IMG/VR virus record: IMGVR_UViG_3300023108_000018
Origin: an uncultured virus (IMG/VR IMGVR_UViG_3300023108_000018)
Taxonomy: Duplodnaviria; Heunggongvirae; Uroviricota; Caudoviricetes
Strand: one strand, 5' to 3'
DNA length: 64,000 bases
Shown here piece by piece: positions 37,144-46,900 of this stretch (within the stretch, counting starts at the first letter, position 1; every line of letters begins with the position of its first letter). The notes beneath the pieces were generated by a model. That model saw only the letters and a program-made list of their open reading frames with translations, was not told where the DNA came from and ran no database searches. Both the position numbers and the translations under genes were made by a program.

Positions 37144-37220
37144 TTTCTCTTCACTATCCGAGAAAGATCATTATATATACAGTCCTCTCACTATGAGGGT
37201 CGTGTCTCACTGAATGACAC
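37144..37220 (-). promoter_or_regulatory. structured 5' leader: three hairpins with AGUGA loops
   Basis: stems TTTCTC/GAGAAA, CCTC/GAGG and GTGTC/GACAC, each enclosing TCACT on the + strand. Confidence 0.6.
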
Positions 37221-37235
37221 CTTGATTTGTAATAG

Positions 37236-37243
37236 TATTTATA
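37236..37243 (-). promoter_or_regulatory. T4-type late promoter
   Basis: TATAAATA upstream of the structured leader. Confidence 0.75.
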
Positions 37244-37246
37244 AAA

Positions 37247-37495
37247 CTAGAATGTTCCACCATCTATTGATGTGGTTGTTTCCCACTTATCAGTAGTTGC
37301 GTTGTATGAGAGAAGTCCATCATCTGTTTCAGATGCATTAACATCTGATAACTCTTGAATTGATTTAGTTGCAAGATTAACACTTGTTGATGAGTTACCG
37401 ATTGCAACTTGTTTTGCACGTATATTTGTTGCACCTGCAATCCTAGCACCAACTGAACCTGTCGATCTATTTAATGTCCCTTTAATGTTTGCCAT
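37247..37495 (-). CDS. small fibre adaptor-like protein
   Basis: LSDV...DGLLSYNATTDKW motif; C-terminal IDGGTF. Confidence 0.7.
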   Translation of the reverse strand: MANIKGTLNRSTGSVGARIAGATNIRAKQVAIGNSSTSVNLATKSIQELSDVNASETDDGLLSYNATTDKWETTTSIDGGTF

Positions 37496-37497
37496 AA

Positions 37498-37830
37498 TTA
37501 ACTCCTCGTTACTCCTGGCGTTACAATCGCTTGTCCTTCTATAACTCTAGTTGTATTTGAACCACTAGTTATATTTAGATCATAAACATATCTTCCAGCA
37601 TTCAATGCAGCAGTTTGAGTGTCATCAAGTGATAATGTAACCTGTCCAGTTGCAGCTGCAATACTAGTTCCAAATGTCGCAGAGACAGTAGAAGAACTAT
37701 ATGTTTTTCTTATCTGTGCGGCCGCAGTATATCCATTTAAGTCTAAGATATCACCTGCTGAGTCAGTCACATCAACAGTAATACTGAAGTCTGTTCCTTG
37801 ATCTATGTATAGGTTTGCAATTATAGCCAT
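37498..37830 (-). CDS. virion structural protein (Ig-like adaptor)
   Basis: NLYIDQGTDF, AQIRK, GRYVYDL, RVIEG..VTPGVT motifs common in T4-like marine phages. Confidence 0.75.
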   Translation of the reverse strand: MAIIANLYIDQGTDFSITVDVTDSAGDILDLNGYTAAAQIRKTYSSSTVSATFGTSIAAATGQVTLSLDDTQTAALNAGRYVYDLNITSGSNTTRVIEGQAIVTPGVTRS

Positions 37831-37835
37831 ATAAC

Positions 37836-37843
37836 TATTTATA
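37836..37843 (-). promoter_or_regulatory. T4-type late promoter
   Basis: TATAAATA 5 nt before ATG. Confidence 0.75.
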
Positions 37844-38555
37844 CCTGAGTGTTACTTGGGTTCTTAGAGAACCTTGCAGTTGGTACAGATTGATGTATTT
37901 TTTCTACAGTACCTGTTTTATTTACGTACACTTCACTTAATTTTCTAAGTGTACCATTATCATTTACATATACTCCTTTCACTTTTGCAATCGGGCCTAC
38001 AGTTCTAGTAGTTGAATATGGTGCTTGATATGTAAATGGTGACCTCACCGTGTAAGGGAACTGATAGGTTACTTGATATATAAACGGTGATTGTGCATTC
38101 GCAATATATGGTGATTGTGCATTTGCAGTGACCCTATATGTTGACGGTGATCTATGTTGATACGTAAACGGATTCCTTGCGTTTGCAGGATTGGGTTGTT
38201 GTGCATTCCTAATATTAGGTTCTTGTGCATTTGCAATATAAGGACTTGGATTTTGTGCCTGATATGTATTAGGTTGTCTTGCGTTTCCAGTCGCTCTATA
38301 AATTAAAGGTTGTCTTGCATTTCTAATATTAGGTTCTTGTGCAGATGTAGGGTTTCTATATGTAAACGGAGACCTATGGTTATAGGTGAAAGGACTCTGT
38401 TTAGTTGCACGATATGTAAATGGTGACCTTGCAATATACGGATAAGGTGTTTGACCAATAAGAGGTTGTCTTGCCTGATAAGTCGTTTGACCTTGCGCTT
38501 GATAAGTTGTAGGTTGTTGTGCAATATATGGTATTTGATAGTATCCTGTTGCCAT
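37839..38555 (-). CDS. Pro/Tyr/Gln-rich repeat protein C (zipper partner of 38557-39717)
   Basis: Pro-delimited even-length units at aa 10-179; two C-terminal VYVN motifs. Confidence 0.85.
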   Translation of the reverse strand: MATGYYQIPYIAQQPTTYQAQGQTTYQARQPLIGQTPYPYIARSPFTYRATKQSPFTYNHRSPFTYRNPTSAQEPNIRNARQPLIYRATGNARQPNTYQAQNPSPYIANAQEPNIRNAQQPNPANARNPFTYQHRSPSTYRVTANAQSPYIANAQSPFIYQVTYQFPYTVRSPFTYQAPYSTTRTVGPIAKVKGVYVNDNGTLRKLSEVYVNKTGTVEKIHQSVPTARFSKNPSNTQV

Positions 38556-38556
38556 T

Positions 38557-39717
38557 TTATATTCCTAATGCCTGTCCATAAGTTGCGTTTAATGATATCA
38601 TACCATGACTATATGTTGATGTATATACATTATTACTTGAATCCACACCCTTAACTGTGAAACTAACACCTTGTGCTTGTGTCCATGTAGTACCATTAGG
38701 GTTTGGGCCGTTTGGTGTTACACATGCCTTCCACAGGAATTGTCTTGCACCACTAGTTGGAACACTATAGTAAGTACCTGAACTATATCCAGCGTTAGTT
38801 GGTAATGGCCCTGAACTATAAGAGTAACAATAACTTGAACTACAGTCTTTACCACTACATGCTTGACTTGATACATCATATTTTACTGTAAATGTGGAAC
38901 TGGTTGTCAATAGACCTTGATATAAAATGTAATCAGAATAAACAGTCGCCTGATATTGATTTGTATAACCAAACCACAATGCCTTAATAGAACTTTGGGC
39001 AGTTGCATTTGAGAACTCCATTGAACACCCTACCTCAGGTGGAGGGTTTGTGGATGCTCTTGATTGCGTAGTATACCAGTACCCAGCTGAACCAGTACCA
39101 GGCCCCCAAACTTGTTCTAGTGGGTCATAGATATATGCAGCTGGTTGTCTTGCATTATAAGACGATCTTGCGTTTGCAATGTATGGATAAGGTGTTCTTC
39201 CTATAAATGGAGACTGATATGAATATGGTGTTTGACCAATTGTAGGCACTGGTTGTTGTGCGTTACTAGGTGATTGATATGACTGTTGTGCATTTCTAAT
39301 CACTGGTTGTTGTGCATTTGTAGGATTTCTATATGTAAACGGTGACCTATAGTTGTACGTAAACGGTGATTGTTTATTTGCTGGTACCTGATATGTAAAT
39401 GGTGTCTGCGAATTTGCAATATAAGGATTCGCTTGTTGTGCCGAATATGTAAATGGTGATCTGTGTTGATAAGTAAACGGAGACCTAACAGTGTAATTGA
39501 AAGGTTGTTGTGCGTTTCTTATAAACGGAGATTGTTGAACAGCAGGTGTCCTATATGTTACAGGTTGTCTGTTGTTGTATGTTAGGGGTTGTCTTGCCTG
39601 TGCAGGTGTTCTACCAGTTGCCTGTTTGGTTTCAGGTGATTGTGCGTTAACTACTGCTTGCCCTTGATAGGGTTGTTGGAAAGTCGTCCCTGTGTTTATA
39701 TAGATTTCATCAGCCAT
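38557..39717 (-). CDS. repeat protein D: Pro-repeat region + C-terminal Cys/Tyr/Ser-rich domain
   Basis: repeats at aa 17-192; about 190-aa non-repetitive C-terminal domain with 5 Cys. Confidence 0.85.
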   Translation of the reverse strand: MADEIYINTGTTFQQPYQGQAVVNAQSPETKQATGRTPAQARQPLTYNNRQPVTYRTPAVQQSPFIRNAQQPFNYTVRSPFTYQHRSPFTYSAQQANPYIANSQTPFTYQVPANKQSPFTYNYRSPFTYRNPTNAQQPVIRNAQQSYQSPSNAQQPVPTIGQTPYSYQSPFIGRTPYPYIANARSSYNARQPAAYIYDPLEQVWGPGTGSAGYWYTTQSRASTNPPPEVGCSMEFSNATAQSSIKALWFGYTNQYQATVYSDYILYQGLLTTSSTFTVKYDVSSQACSGKDCSSSYCYSYSSGPLPTNAGYSSGTYYSVPTSGARQFLWKACVTPNGPNPNGTTWTQAQGVSFTVKGVDSSNNVYTSTYSHGMISLNATYGQALGI

Positions 39718-39718
39718 A

Positions 39719-40798
39719 TCATATCACAAACCATAAGTGTCCATTAGACGTACTTCCTACACTTGACGGTGCAGAAGATACTGTCTCGTAATCTAACACT
39801 ACATTATCACTATCCGTTTTAATTCCGTTAGAAGTGTTGACACTCATAGTTGTCCCTGTAAGGTCTAGACCATCTCCACCTGTTACTGAATTCGAACCTG
39901 TAAACGATATAGTGTTATTCGCATCATCATAAGATACAGTGATATTAGTATGTGTACCAGCAGCAATTGCAGTTGCAACTGCATCTTGTGCCTGTTCGTC
40001 AGTGTAGTTTGCAGGTGCATCAGCGGATTCCCAATTCGTTGTTGAAGAGTTGTAGATTAACATCTGACCATTATTAGGAGATGATGCATCTACGTTACCC
40101 AACGATGCTAAATTGTGATTTGTTATACTGGATACGGTTCCTGTTACATTACCGACAACATTACCCTGTACATCACCTTTAACTAATGCACCACTTGGTA
40201 AGTTGATATGATTTTGGAAATATACTTCACCATCAAATTCGATAGGTGCAGAAGTAGTTAAGAGTGTTGTCTTAGTTGCACCGTCACCATTGAAGATTAA
40301 TCCATTGTCGTTTGTATTATAAATTGTATTAGCGGCAGTTTCAGAAAAGTAACCTACAGATGCACTTCCTTGTCCTGTAAATCCTAAGTAAGAACCAGTA
40401 AATGAATAAATTACAATCTTATCTGAGTTTGCAGCTGCTGAAACTAGGTCTATTCTATTATATGTTCCATCACCTTGAACATTACCTAATGAATAGTCAT
40501 CACCCTCAAATAGGTGAACACCATTCTTAAAAACTTGTATTCTGTTTGCAACAAATTTTAGAGTATATCCAAAGTTATCTACACCAGTAAATCTTGTATT
40601 ACCGTTAGTTCCATCTGAACCAGTAAAGATATACTCTTGTAAGAAGAAAGACTTGTCTTCAAGACTGTTTAATGCATCGATAATATTACTTTTTTCAGTT
40701 GTGCGTAATCCTGATATCGCACCGACATCATTTGCAAGATCGTTGTACTGTCTTCTAAAGTCTTCTATCGTACTGTGATTGTCAACTGTCCTAGCCAC
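39719..40798 (-). CDS. short tail fibre / fibre-like protein
   Basis: TIEDFRRQYN N-terminus; QVFKNG domain; C-terminal SAPSSVGSTSNGHLWFVI. Confidence 0.75.
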   Translation of the reverse strand: MARTVDNHSTIEDFRRQYNDLANDVGAISGLRTTEKSNIIDALNSLEDKSFFLQEYIFTGSDGTNGNTRFTGVDNFGYTLKFVANRIQVFKNGVHLFEGDDYSLGNVQGDGTYNRIDLVSAAANSDKIVIYSFTGSYLGFTGQGSASVGYFSETAANTIYNTNDNGLIFNGDGATKTTLLTTSAPIEFDGEVYFQNHINLPSGALVKGDVQGNVVGNVTGTVSSITNHNLASLGNVDASSPNNGQMLIYNSSTTNWESADAPANYTDEQAQDAVATAIAAGTHTNITVSYDDANNTISFTGSNSVTGGDGLDLTGTTMSVNTSNGIKTDSDNVVLDYETVSSAPSSVGSTSNGHLWFVI

Positions 40799-40997
40799 TT
40801 ACTTTCTCCATCAATTGTTTTAACATCTCTTTCATTTCAGACATGTCTTCTTTAAGTGTATTTATCTCTTCTGTTTGCATTTTAAATCTTTGTCTTCTCA
40901 TTTTCTGCAACTTCCACGCTTCTTTATCTGTGGAAACGATTGCAGTAGTGTCTTCGTCTCTTTCTAAGTAAGAATGTCCGTCTACTCTAATACCCAT
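40791..40997 (-). CDS. small conserved coiled-coil protein
   Basis: LERD..TTAIV...EINTLKEDMSEMKEML; typical neighbour of the VrlC-like gene. Confidence 0.7.
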   Translation of the reverse strand: MGIRVDGHSYLERDEDTTAIVSTDKEAWKLQKMRRQRFKMQTEEINTLKEDMSEMKEMLKQLMEKVSG

Positions 40998-43900
40998 TAT
41001 CCTGTCGCAATAGCTCTAAATGCAGAGATTAAAGGTGGTTTAGAAGTATTATACCCCTGTCCTACAATCTTAATTATGAATGAAGAGAACTCAGGTAAAT
41101 CTTCAACGTTATACTCATACTCTTTGAAGTTTCTTCCATCTGCACCTATTTGTGAATCAGGTGAACCATCTGTGTTAAAGAATTCATATCCTATTTCATC
41201 AAACTTACGTTCATCGTCAACCTTAACGGTCTTAAATAAAACTTTAACATCAGTTCCTGCATTTTTCATGCAATCAAACATAACTCTGATACCAGTTGCA
41301 GGGTTCTTCAAGTTAATCTTCTTAGTTACATAACAGAATGCGTTGTCTTCACCTAGTGATTCCTGACTAATATTAATTGAACTTGAGAATGAATTGTCAT
41401 TTGAATTTTTCTGCAACCCATTAATTCTATTTGCAAATGCAATTCCACCTAAAGTTTGTGTATCAACAAAAGGTGAAATGTATTGATTTCTAGAGAACAT
41501 CATACACTTCAACTGCAGTGACCTTCCACTTGACATCTCGTTAATCTCATTGATTCTAGATGCAATAATACTTGGTCTACTGAAGAATGCATTTTCGTTA
41601 AGTGTTACATTATCACCACTAATTCTTCTCTGATAAACTGTACCATCAATATATCCTTCAGGTGAATTCATTGGTGTTCCTACTGCATTAATAAACATTC
41701 CTGTATTTGCACAAAGAATGTTTTGTACTTGAGTGTGGATTCCATCATAGTAAATATTTTTAGATGTTACAACATTTCTTCCACCACCAACTGTAGTGTC
41801 TGTTGCTTTATAGTCTGAAACATAATCAGGGAATAGTGCTTGTCCTATTGTTGTAATATCTGAATTAGCATCTACGTCTGATTGAACTGCAGTTGCACTA
41901 AGATTAGGTGTAAACGAGAATGTATCTATTGTAAAGTCTGCACCAATACTAGTATGTGAATCATCTGTTGAAGTGTTTATTGCACGAACTGGAATTCCAC
42001 CTAGTGTTTGTCCAATTCCTTCTACAGTTGTTGTGAAACTCCATGAAGAACCAACTGTTACTGTAACGACATCTCCTACTGCGAAATTATCACCTGCTTG
42101 TAATATTTTACATGCAGTAATATCTGATACACCATTTGATGTAGAAACTGTAATTCTAAATGCGACTCCTGTTCCAGTTGTGTTTCCATCACTTGGAGTC
42201 GTATCAGCTTTAACAGCAGATATTGATACATTGTCTGAACCCAATGTACTTGAAGTTCCAGTGTTATACGGTAGAGTTCCGTGTATTAAATTATATGTAC
42301 CATCAACAGGAAGTGTTCCTGAATCGGTTGCATCAGAAATTCTATACACACCTCCATTCCTATCACCTATTACACCATTAATTTGTACATTAGATGAAGT
42401 GTTGTAATGTCCATGGAAGAAACTTTGCATTGTAATTGATGATGAATCTGCAACGGTTGAAATTGGATTTTCAGGAATGTGGTTTTCCACATCATCTTCA
42501 TCTGTGGAGTTGATATCTATTGTTTCATCTGCATTATACCAAGGTATGTCTGCATTTGTCAAATTAAAACTTGAACTCTGTGCAATATCAAACTCTGCAT
42601 AGTTTAGACAATATTTAATATCGTCTTCTTGTCTTGCAGTCCATGTTGAACTGTTTTGTGATACAAACATAGAACCCATATTAGAAGCTGCGACTGCAAC
42701 CTCAAGACCGTTAGCAATATCTTTATCACCTGCATGAGCGTACCAAATTTCATATTGGTCTGAACTTGTATAAACCACAAAACAATATTCCATTTGTGAT
42801 TTAATAATAATAGGGTTCTCAAAAGTAAATTTAGTTACTGCAGATGCATCTTCTGAAACATTAATTTCATCAGGAGTTTTTGTAACTACTGACAAAGGTA
42901 TAGGTGTTTGAGTTGGATAACCATTTTCCATACCTCTTAATTCAACAGTGATCTCTTTGTTAACATCTTTTGTTTTGAAATACAGGTCAATACTTGTTAA
43001 CACCATATTTGTACCTACTGATTCAGGGGCTGCAAATGATTGTGCAACTGGGTCAAACCAAATTCCTGTTGGGAACATACCTGCATCAAATCTAAAATCA
43101 CCTATATCGATAGGTGGAAATCCTGGCGGAAGATTAGGTGGCCAATTAGGGTCATCACCACCATCTGAAATAAGTGGGCCATCGCCTGGGCCCTCAGGGT
43201 CTTCAGCACCAATTTCGTCTATTTGTGTTTGAAGATCATCAATTCTATCGTCTAATTCTGTAAATGGATTAGGGCCTGGGTCTGATTCATTAAAGGTTGC
43301 ATTGATGGTTTCACCTCTAGTTGTTATTGTTCTCGAATCATTAGTTGGAACTCTTGTAATTCTAGAAGTTCTTGTAGTTACTGTATGTCTATCAATATTT
43401 GCAACCATACCTGTTGAGGTATACAATGCAGTTGCAGATGATACTGGATTTGGTGAATTATACTTTTGTGAAGTTACAATTAATTCTTTAGTACCACTTG
43501 TAAAGGTATTTGCACGGAGATAGAATCGTGCCTTCAATCTACCATTTGCATCAGTCTGTAATTGAGCACCTGTGTTACCTAATGTACCTGAAGTATGCGA
43601 AGGAGAATAATAATAAGTAGCACTTGGGCTTCCATAAGTCCATCTTTCACTTCGCATTCGTGTACTAACATCTATACCATCAAAATAAACGTAATGATAA
43701 GTGTTAGGTTTTAATCCTTGACAAGTAACTGTGATAGTCCTTTGTTTCATGAACCTTTCAAGTTGAATATTTCTGACTCTATTTCTCTCGTCTACGGATA
43801 CGTCAGTTGCATAATCAAACATCATACCATTACGTGCTTGAACTTCAGGGGTTTCTGTGATCTCTCTTGTAAGGTCTATGCCTGGCTGCCATTCACCACC

Positions 43901-46900
43901 TTGTTCAGCAGACCCTGACCATGAACCTGAAGTTGATATCATAGGTTCTGTAGTCGTAACTGGTGTTCCTGTCCAAGTGGTTTCCCAATCATTCCAAAGT
44001 GTTCCTGTACCATTTCTTCTAAGACCTCGTAATTCTGCTTGAATTGCACTTAAATTAGATACTGTTTGGGATGTAGGAGTAATAGAAGATGGTGTTCCAG
44101 GCCTTGTATCCATATCAGGACTGAGATTACATGTACCAGTAAATGATGTGACAAGGAATGGGTTAACATTAATTGATCTAGATGCTTGAGTTACAAACAT
44201 AGATGTAAATGCTGTATCTGATGCCTTTCTCTCTGTATATGGAAGTGTTAGGAAATCACCTGTTTGTTGAGTGTGTACTAATGACCCTGCCTCTACTTCC
44301 ATTGGGAAGTCTTGAGAAACATGAGAAGGTCTCAATTGACCCATTTTCATATCAATAGCGGCGTTATAATCAGTGTTTAATACATCACTTGCACGTTGAT
44401 TCCTAAAGTTATCAACTAAGAAACCTGATTTAAATTTATCAAATCCATCTGCATCTAAAATTTGTGTAGAACGTGTGTCTGATTCAAGTAATGACAATGT
44501 GGTTACTGTTTCTAATGCAGTAACCCTTTGAGATATTCTACCGATATCTCGCATTGTAAATCTGCGATGATCTTTAGTTTTAACTCTGATGTCTTTAGGG
44601 TCTTTTGTAAATGCAGGTATTTTTAATTCTGCAATCTCTATTGCACCATCAACATGTGGTGGTCTTGTAGGTGTAATTCCTGCAATACCACTTGCAATTT
44701 GGAATTGACCTGATTTGTGCAAGAATAATTTATCAATTCTTGGAACATAAAATTTAAGGTCACCTTGAATTGCAGATGCATCTTTAGGTGTAGGCATAAT
44801 TGCAGGGTTAGTAGAATAATTAAATCCTGTATTAGTTTCTTTCTTATCTCTTGATGATTTAAAACTTACTCCATCTTCATAAGAAAAGTGTGCATATTCA
44901 ATGATTGAACTTATACTCGATATATTTGTTAAGTCTACTGTTTGTGTTAAATCTTTATCATATAGTTGTCCTGCAACTGGTCTGTAGTCTAAACAATCTG
45001 AAAGTTCAAATGTTCCGTCAGGTTCATTACCTCCCAAGTCAACTCTGTTTGCAGCGTAAATAGGAATGTCTTTGTAAGGAACACTATATGAATTTACATC
45101 AAAGAATTCTCCTGCACCATGAGAGAAGTAATCAAATACAACCAACACTTCACCAATTGGTGCAGCTCGTCCTTGTTTTCTAATTAATTTTGAGATACCA
45201 TAGTATCCATCTTTTTGACCATCGTCAAAAAGGAAACTCTCTGTAATTTCTTTTGAACCTGCACTAAGTGAATCTATAGTTACCTGAGATTTATTGTTTT
45301 GTCCAACTGCAATCTCACCCTCTACAAATCTTTTCTTTGTTAGGTAATAGAAGTATGTTGTTGCACCTGCATTATAGTCAATTATAATTGCACGTGCATC
45401 TGAGGTTTGTCCTTTAATTTCTTCATGCAATTGTAATGCAGGAAAGGTCGCAAGGTCTTCTTGTAACGTTGCACTAGGAGTTATAGGAGCACTATCTACA
45501 CCATCATAGATACCACGTATTTTAAATACATCTGCAACACCAAGTGTTATTTCCTGATCATCCATTGCAGATGTATAAACACCTGAGTATCCTGCTGATC
45601 TTTTACCTGTTATTTTTAATACTCTACCTTTATGAAGTGTTTTTGATTTTCTCTGAGGTGTTGTTACTAGAACTGAATATGTTATTCTTAACACAACTCC
45701 ATCATTTGCAGAACCAAAGTCTCCTAGTGTAATAGACTGACCACTACCGTTTGTTGCAGGATTAGCGTCTTTATAACTTTCTATATCTAATAGGTCACCC
45801 TTACTAAATGTTGGGTTTGATGCTCCTGATATATCAACCACTGCAATTGAGAAGTTATCTGTATTTTGATCTTCAAATGCACCGTCTTGTTGTGCAATAG
45901 TTACTTCACCACTTCCGATAGTTTGTACTGTTTGTTTTTTGATGTGAATTAAATCACATGTATGTTCACTGATGAAATCTCTTTCGTATGCGAAAATAGA
46001 CACTGCTTGTTGAGGTCTATGGATTTGTGATCTAAGTCTAGTACAGGATTCACCAGTAAATGATGTCTGTGTATTTGAACCTGAAATTGCACCACCAGTG
46101 TTTCTAACTGTCATTGAAGTGTCACTAGTGATTGCAGATACTGTTACTAATTCACCAGTACCCAATCTTCTAATAACATCACCTACTCTTAATTGACTTG
46201 CAAATAACGTTTCAATACCAGTTACCGTAGCACTGTTTGCAGTAAATGTCAATTGACCTCTGAGAGAAAATTCTAAATCTTTCTTAATGTCTCCAAAGAA
46301 GTATTGTGTACTACCACCTGCAGTTGGTTCTTGAGTAATTAATCCAGCCTGTTCGTAGTTGAAGTTTACTACCCCATCATTCTGTGAATCTGTAATTGCA
46401 AAATCACCTTTACCGATACATGAGATTGCATCATTACCACTAAATGAACCGATTACATCGTGGATGTATAAACAACTTCTGTTAGGGTCATCGTATGCAA
46501 TGATACCTGTTGCACCAGTAGCACTACCTGTAACGTGATCACCTGTTTGTGCAGTACCTGTATGTGCAGAATAACTAATCTTAGTAAACATTTTTATATC
46601 AAATGCAGATAAGTTAAATTCTGTAGTATCTTCGTTATATTCTCCTGCAGTTGATGAACCTGTATGATGTGTTATGTCTCTTAAACGTGCATAACCGATT
46701 TGTTCAGGACTGTTTTGATCTGTTGTTAAGGGTTCTCTATTATTTGCGATAGGGCCATCAGATGCATGTGAATCTGAAGTCATGTGATCAGAACCCATGT
46801 TCCAAAGTTTACATAGTTTATGTGCTTCTATGTTAGTTGCGTTAATACCCTTTGTGATTTCAGGTAAACCATGACAGTTAGTAACTCTAATAATGTTACC

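Noticed and set aside
29343..39717. Repeat proteins as RiPP precursors with multiple cores
   Set aside because: There is no leader/core/cleavage-site pattern, protease or transporter. The mirrored register and fibre-gene context fit a structural role better. Enzymatic modification of the repeats remains possible.
29343..39717. Diversity-generating retroelement (template/variable repeat)
   Set aside because: No reverse transcriptase lies in the window, and repeat differences are not visibly restricted to adenines.
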